DNA of 61,835 nt, counting the filler, from Stramenopiles sp. TOSAG23-3 (lineage: Eukaryota): the NCBI GenBank assembly GCA_900128585.1. It is 4 parts of 4 records of this genome, joined end to end, with 100 filler letters (N's around TTAATTAATTAA, not from the genome) between each part and the next. Parts side by side here need not be neighbours in the genome. Positions count along the whole stretch, not along the records: positions 59,721 to 61,835 come from LT645059.1; 3 more parts are not named here. One strand, 5' to 3'. This document shows positions 60,277 to 61,835 of the stretch, in pieces. Numbering within the stretch: the first letter of the stretch is position 1; the number at the start of each line of letters is the position of its first letter. The translations under genes were made by a program, and so were the position numbers. The notes beneath the pieces were generated by a model that searched no databases, had not been told where the DNA came from, and saw only the letters and a list, made by a program, of their open reading frames with translations.

Positions 60277-61191
60277 TTAAAATAAGCTCTTGAACTCTAC
60301 GCTGCCCAACTTCCAACCAGTACCGTCGTCCGTACGGGAAAGATCTATAACGGCGAACTTTCCACCGTCCAACCGTCCCGGGCAGATTACGGGAACGCCA
60401 CTGACTATCGTCTGGCCCTGTTCTGAGCCACCTCCGCACCCCCCGGCTATGTTCAAAACCACGTCCTCTTCAGCGAAAAAATCTTTGTAAGCGTCGCTTG
60501 CCAGGGCGGCGTCTTTGCCATGGCTGTCCGTCGGCGCGCTTGCTGGGCTGTTGTGCGACAGCAACAAAATTGGAACCCCAGGACACTCTTTATTTACATG
60601 TTCACGAATTTCCTTCAGCTTAATACCAGTGCTGTTCCCCGAAGCGCCGCCTTGCCTAACCCACTGGCCCTGTTTTCCGCCAACTCCCGCCAGAACCAGG
60701 CTCTCTTTTACAAGCGAGGCCTTAGAGTGCACATTAAAACTACTATGCGTAAGTTTGGGCGTCTCCGTCGGACGGAGGGCGTTTGGGCCCTTTCCTTGTT
60801 CCCCGTAACACACGTCAGGGTCGCTGTCCCCCGGAACGTAGTACACGCTGCATACGATCTTTTCCAACGCACACGCAACACTGCTGGATGTTCCCAAAGA
60901 TGCCACGTCTACTTTATCATTTGCGACAATTCCTGCCCCGTCATCGCAGTTCGCCAAGCTTCCCGTACATGCTACGAAATCAATGTTTGTGATATCGTTG
61001 TAAATGAGATACTTATTCAAAGTGTTCAAAATTTCCAGGTTTGAATTGATGGAGGACACAGCTATTAGTCTTAGCCCTTTTTTCTTAGACGGGTAATTGT
61101 CACGAAAAAACATTTGGGGGCGACTGTTTTCATCCGCTTCGCCAATACCTAACTCCATGGTTTCTCTTTCGCCCTCCACCACTGATGCCAT
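60277..61191 (-). CDS. Calcineurin-like metallophosphoesterase-fold protein with degenerate metal ligands
   Basis: Motif order RLIAVSSIN, DFVACTGSL, YYVPGDSD, LLSHNSP, LNIAGG, VICPGRL..GKFAVID. Confidence 0.7.
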   Translation of the reverse strand: MASVVEGERETMELGIGEADENSRPQMFFRDNYPSKKKGLRLIAVSSINSNLEILNTLNKYLIYNDITNIDFVACTGSLANCDDGAGIVANDKVDVASLGTSSSVACALEKIVCSVYYVPGDSDPDVCYGEQGKGPNALRPTETPKLTHSSFNVHSKASLVKESLVLAGVGGKQGQWVRQGGASGNSTGIKLKEIREHVNKECPGVPILLLSHNSPASAPTDSHGKDAALASDAYKDFFAEEDVVLNIAGGCGGGSEQGQTIVSGVPVICPGRLDGGKFAVIDLSRTDDGTGWKLGSVEFKSLF

Positions 61192-61835
61192 CCTTTACCC
61201 GAACGAAGACAGACGATGGTAACTATAGCGGTAACCAAATAAAACAGCCTATATCACAACTGTATTATATTGTTATTAACCTAACAATAGCTCAAAACGA
61301 TAAACATGAAAACGAACATTGTAGATACTTCAAGCATCTCATCATATCTATAATTATATTACCTAATATTTCTCTCTTCGTCATAAAAATTACTCATTCA
61401 AAATAATCATTTCAGATTATTATATTATTTATTAAAATTTTTTTTTTTTTTTTTTTTTTATTATGCTAACAAAACTACTACGGGTACCGGTATTATTTAG
61501 ACACTATAATAGTGTGATACCGGCACCACCACCGACTCGTACCGCTGTGTCCTCGTACGCCGGTGATGGTGAAGCAGCATCAGGGGTAAAAAATAATAAA
61601 AAAAAAGGATGAATGATGAGATGAGAATATGATGATGTGATAAAAGAAGAAGAAAGAAGAAGATAATAATAAAAGAGAAGAAAAAAGAAGAAGATAATAA
61701 AAGAGAAGAAAAAAGAAGAAGAGAAGAAAAGAGAAGAAAAAAGAAGAAGAATCAAAGCACAGCACAGAGAGGAGCTGAGATGAGAGCGATGAATCTACTA
61801 TATTTTTATATTTTTATTGTAAGGCTATTATTATA

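Noticed and set aside
1-61835. tRNA, rRNA, transposase or reverse transcriptase genes
   Set aside because: None recognised by eye. tRNAscan-SE, Infernal and HMM searches would be needed to exclude them.

Overview
Gene-dense eukaryotic nuclear DNA from a probably flagellated protist (centrin-3, IQ/coiled-coil proteins, CAP/Srv2, CDC7, OGFOD1, sideroflexin, TMEM161). A heterotrophic stramenopile is plausible but cannot be established from sequence alone. About 23 apparently intronless, GC-rich genes are separated by very AT-rich spacers. Three artificial N/TTAATTAATTAA/N linkers join four contigs. The strongest candidate for an undescribed system is a head-to-head pair of ~1300-1380 aa paralogs, each fusing a choline-transporter-like (CTL/SLC44) membrane domain to a C-terminal transglutaminase-like domain. 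One copy keeps the Cys-His-Asp triad; the other has Ser/Arg/Asp (pseudoenzyme). Also notable: (1) a dispersed repeat (core CAAGAAAATTGGCTGTTAT, 11 exact copies in 7 loci) found only near gene 3' ends, with one fixed end and an intron-like opposite strand; (2) an FMRP/FXR-like KH protein with an H1-like tail; (3) a PH + degenerate RasGAP + PTEN fusion; (4) a second, block-conserved repeat, a MITE-like hairpin and recurrent upstream motifs. All domain calls come from motif recognition by eye; no searches were run.
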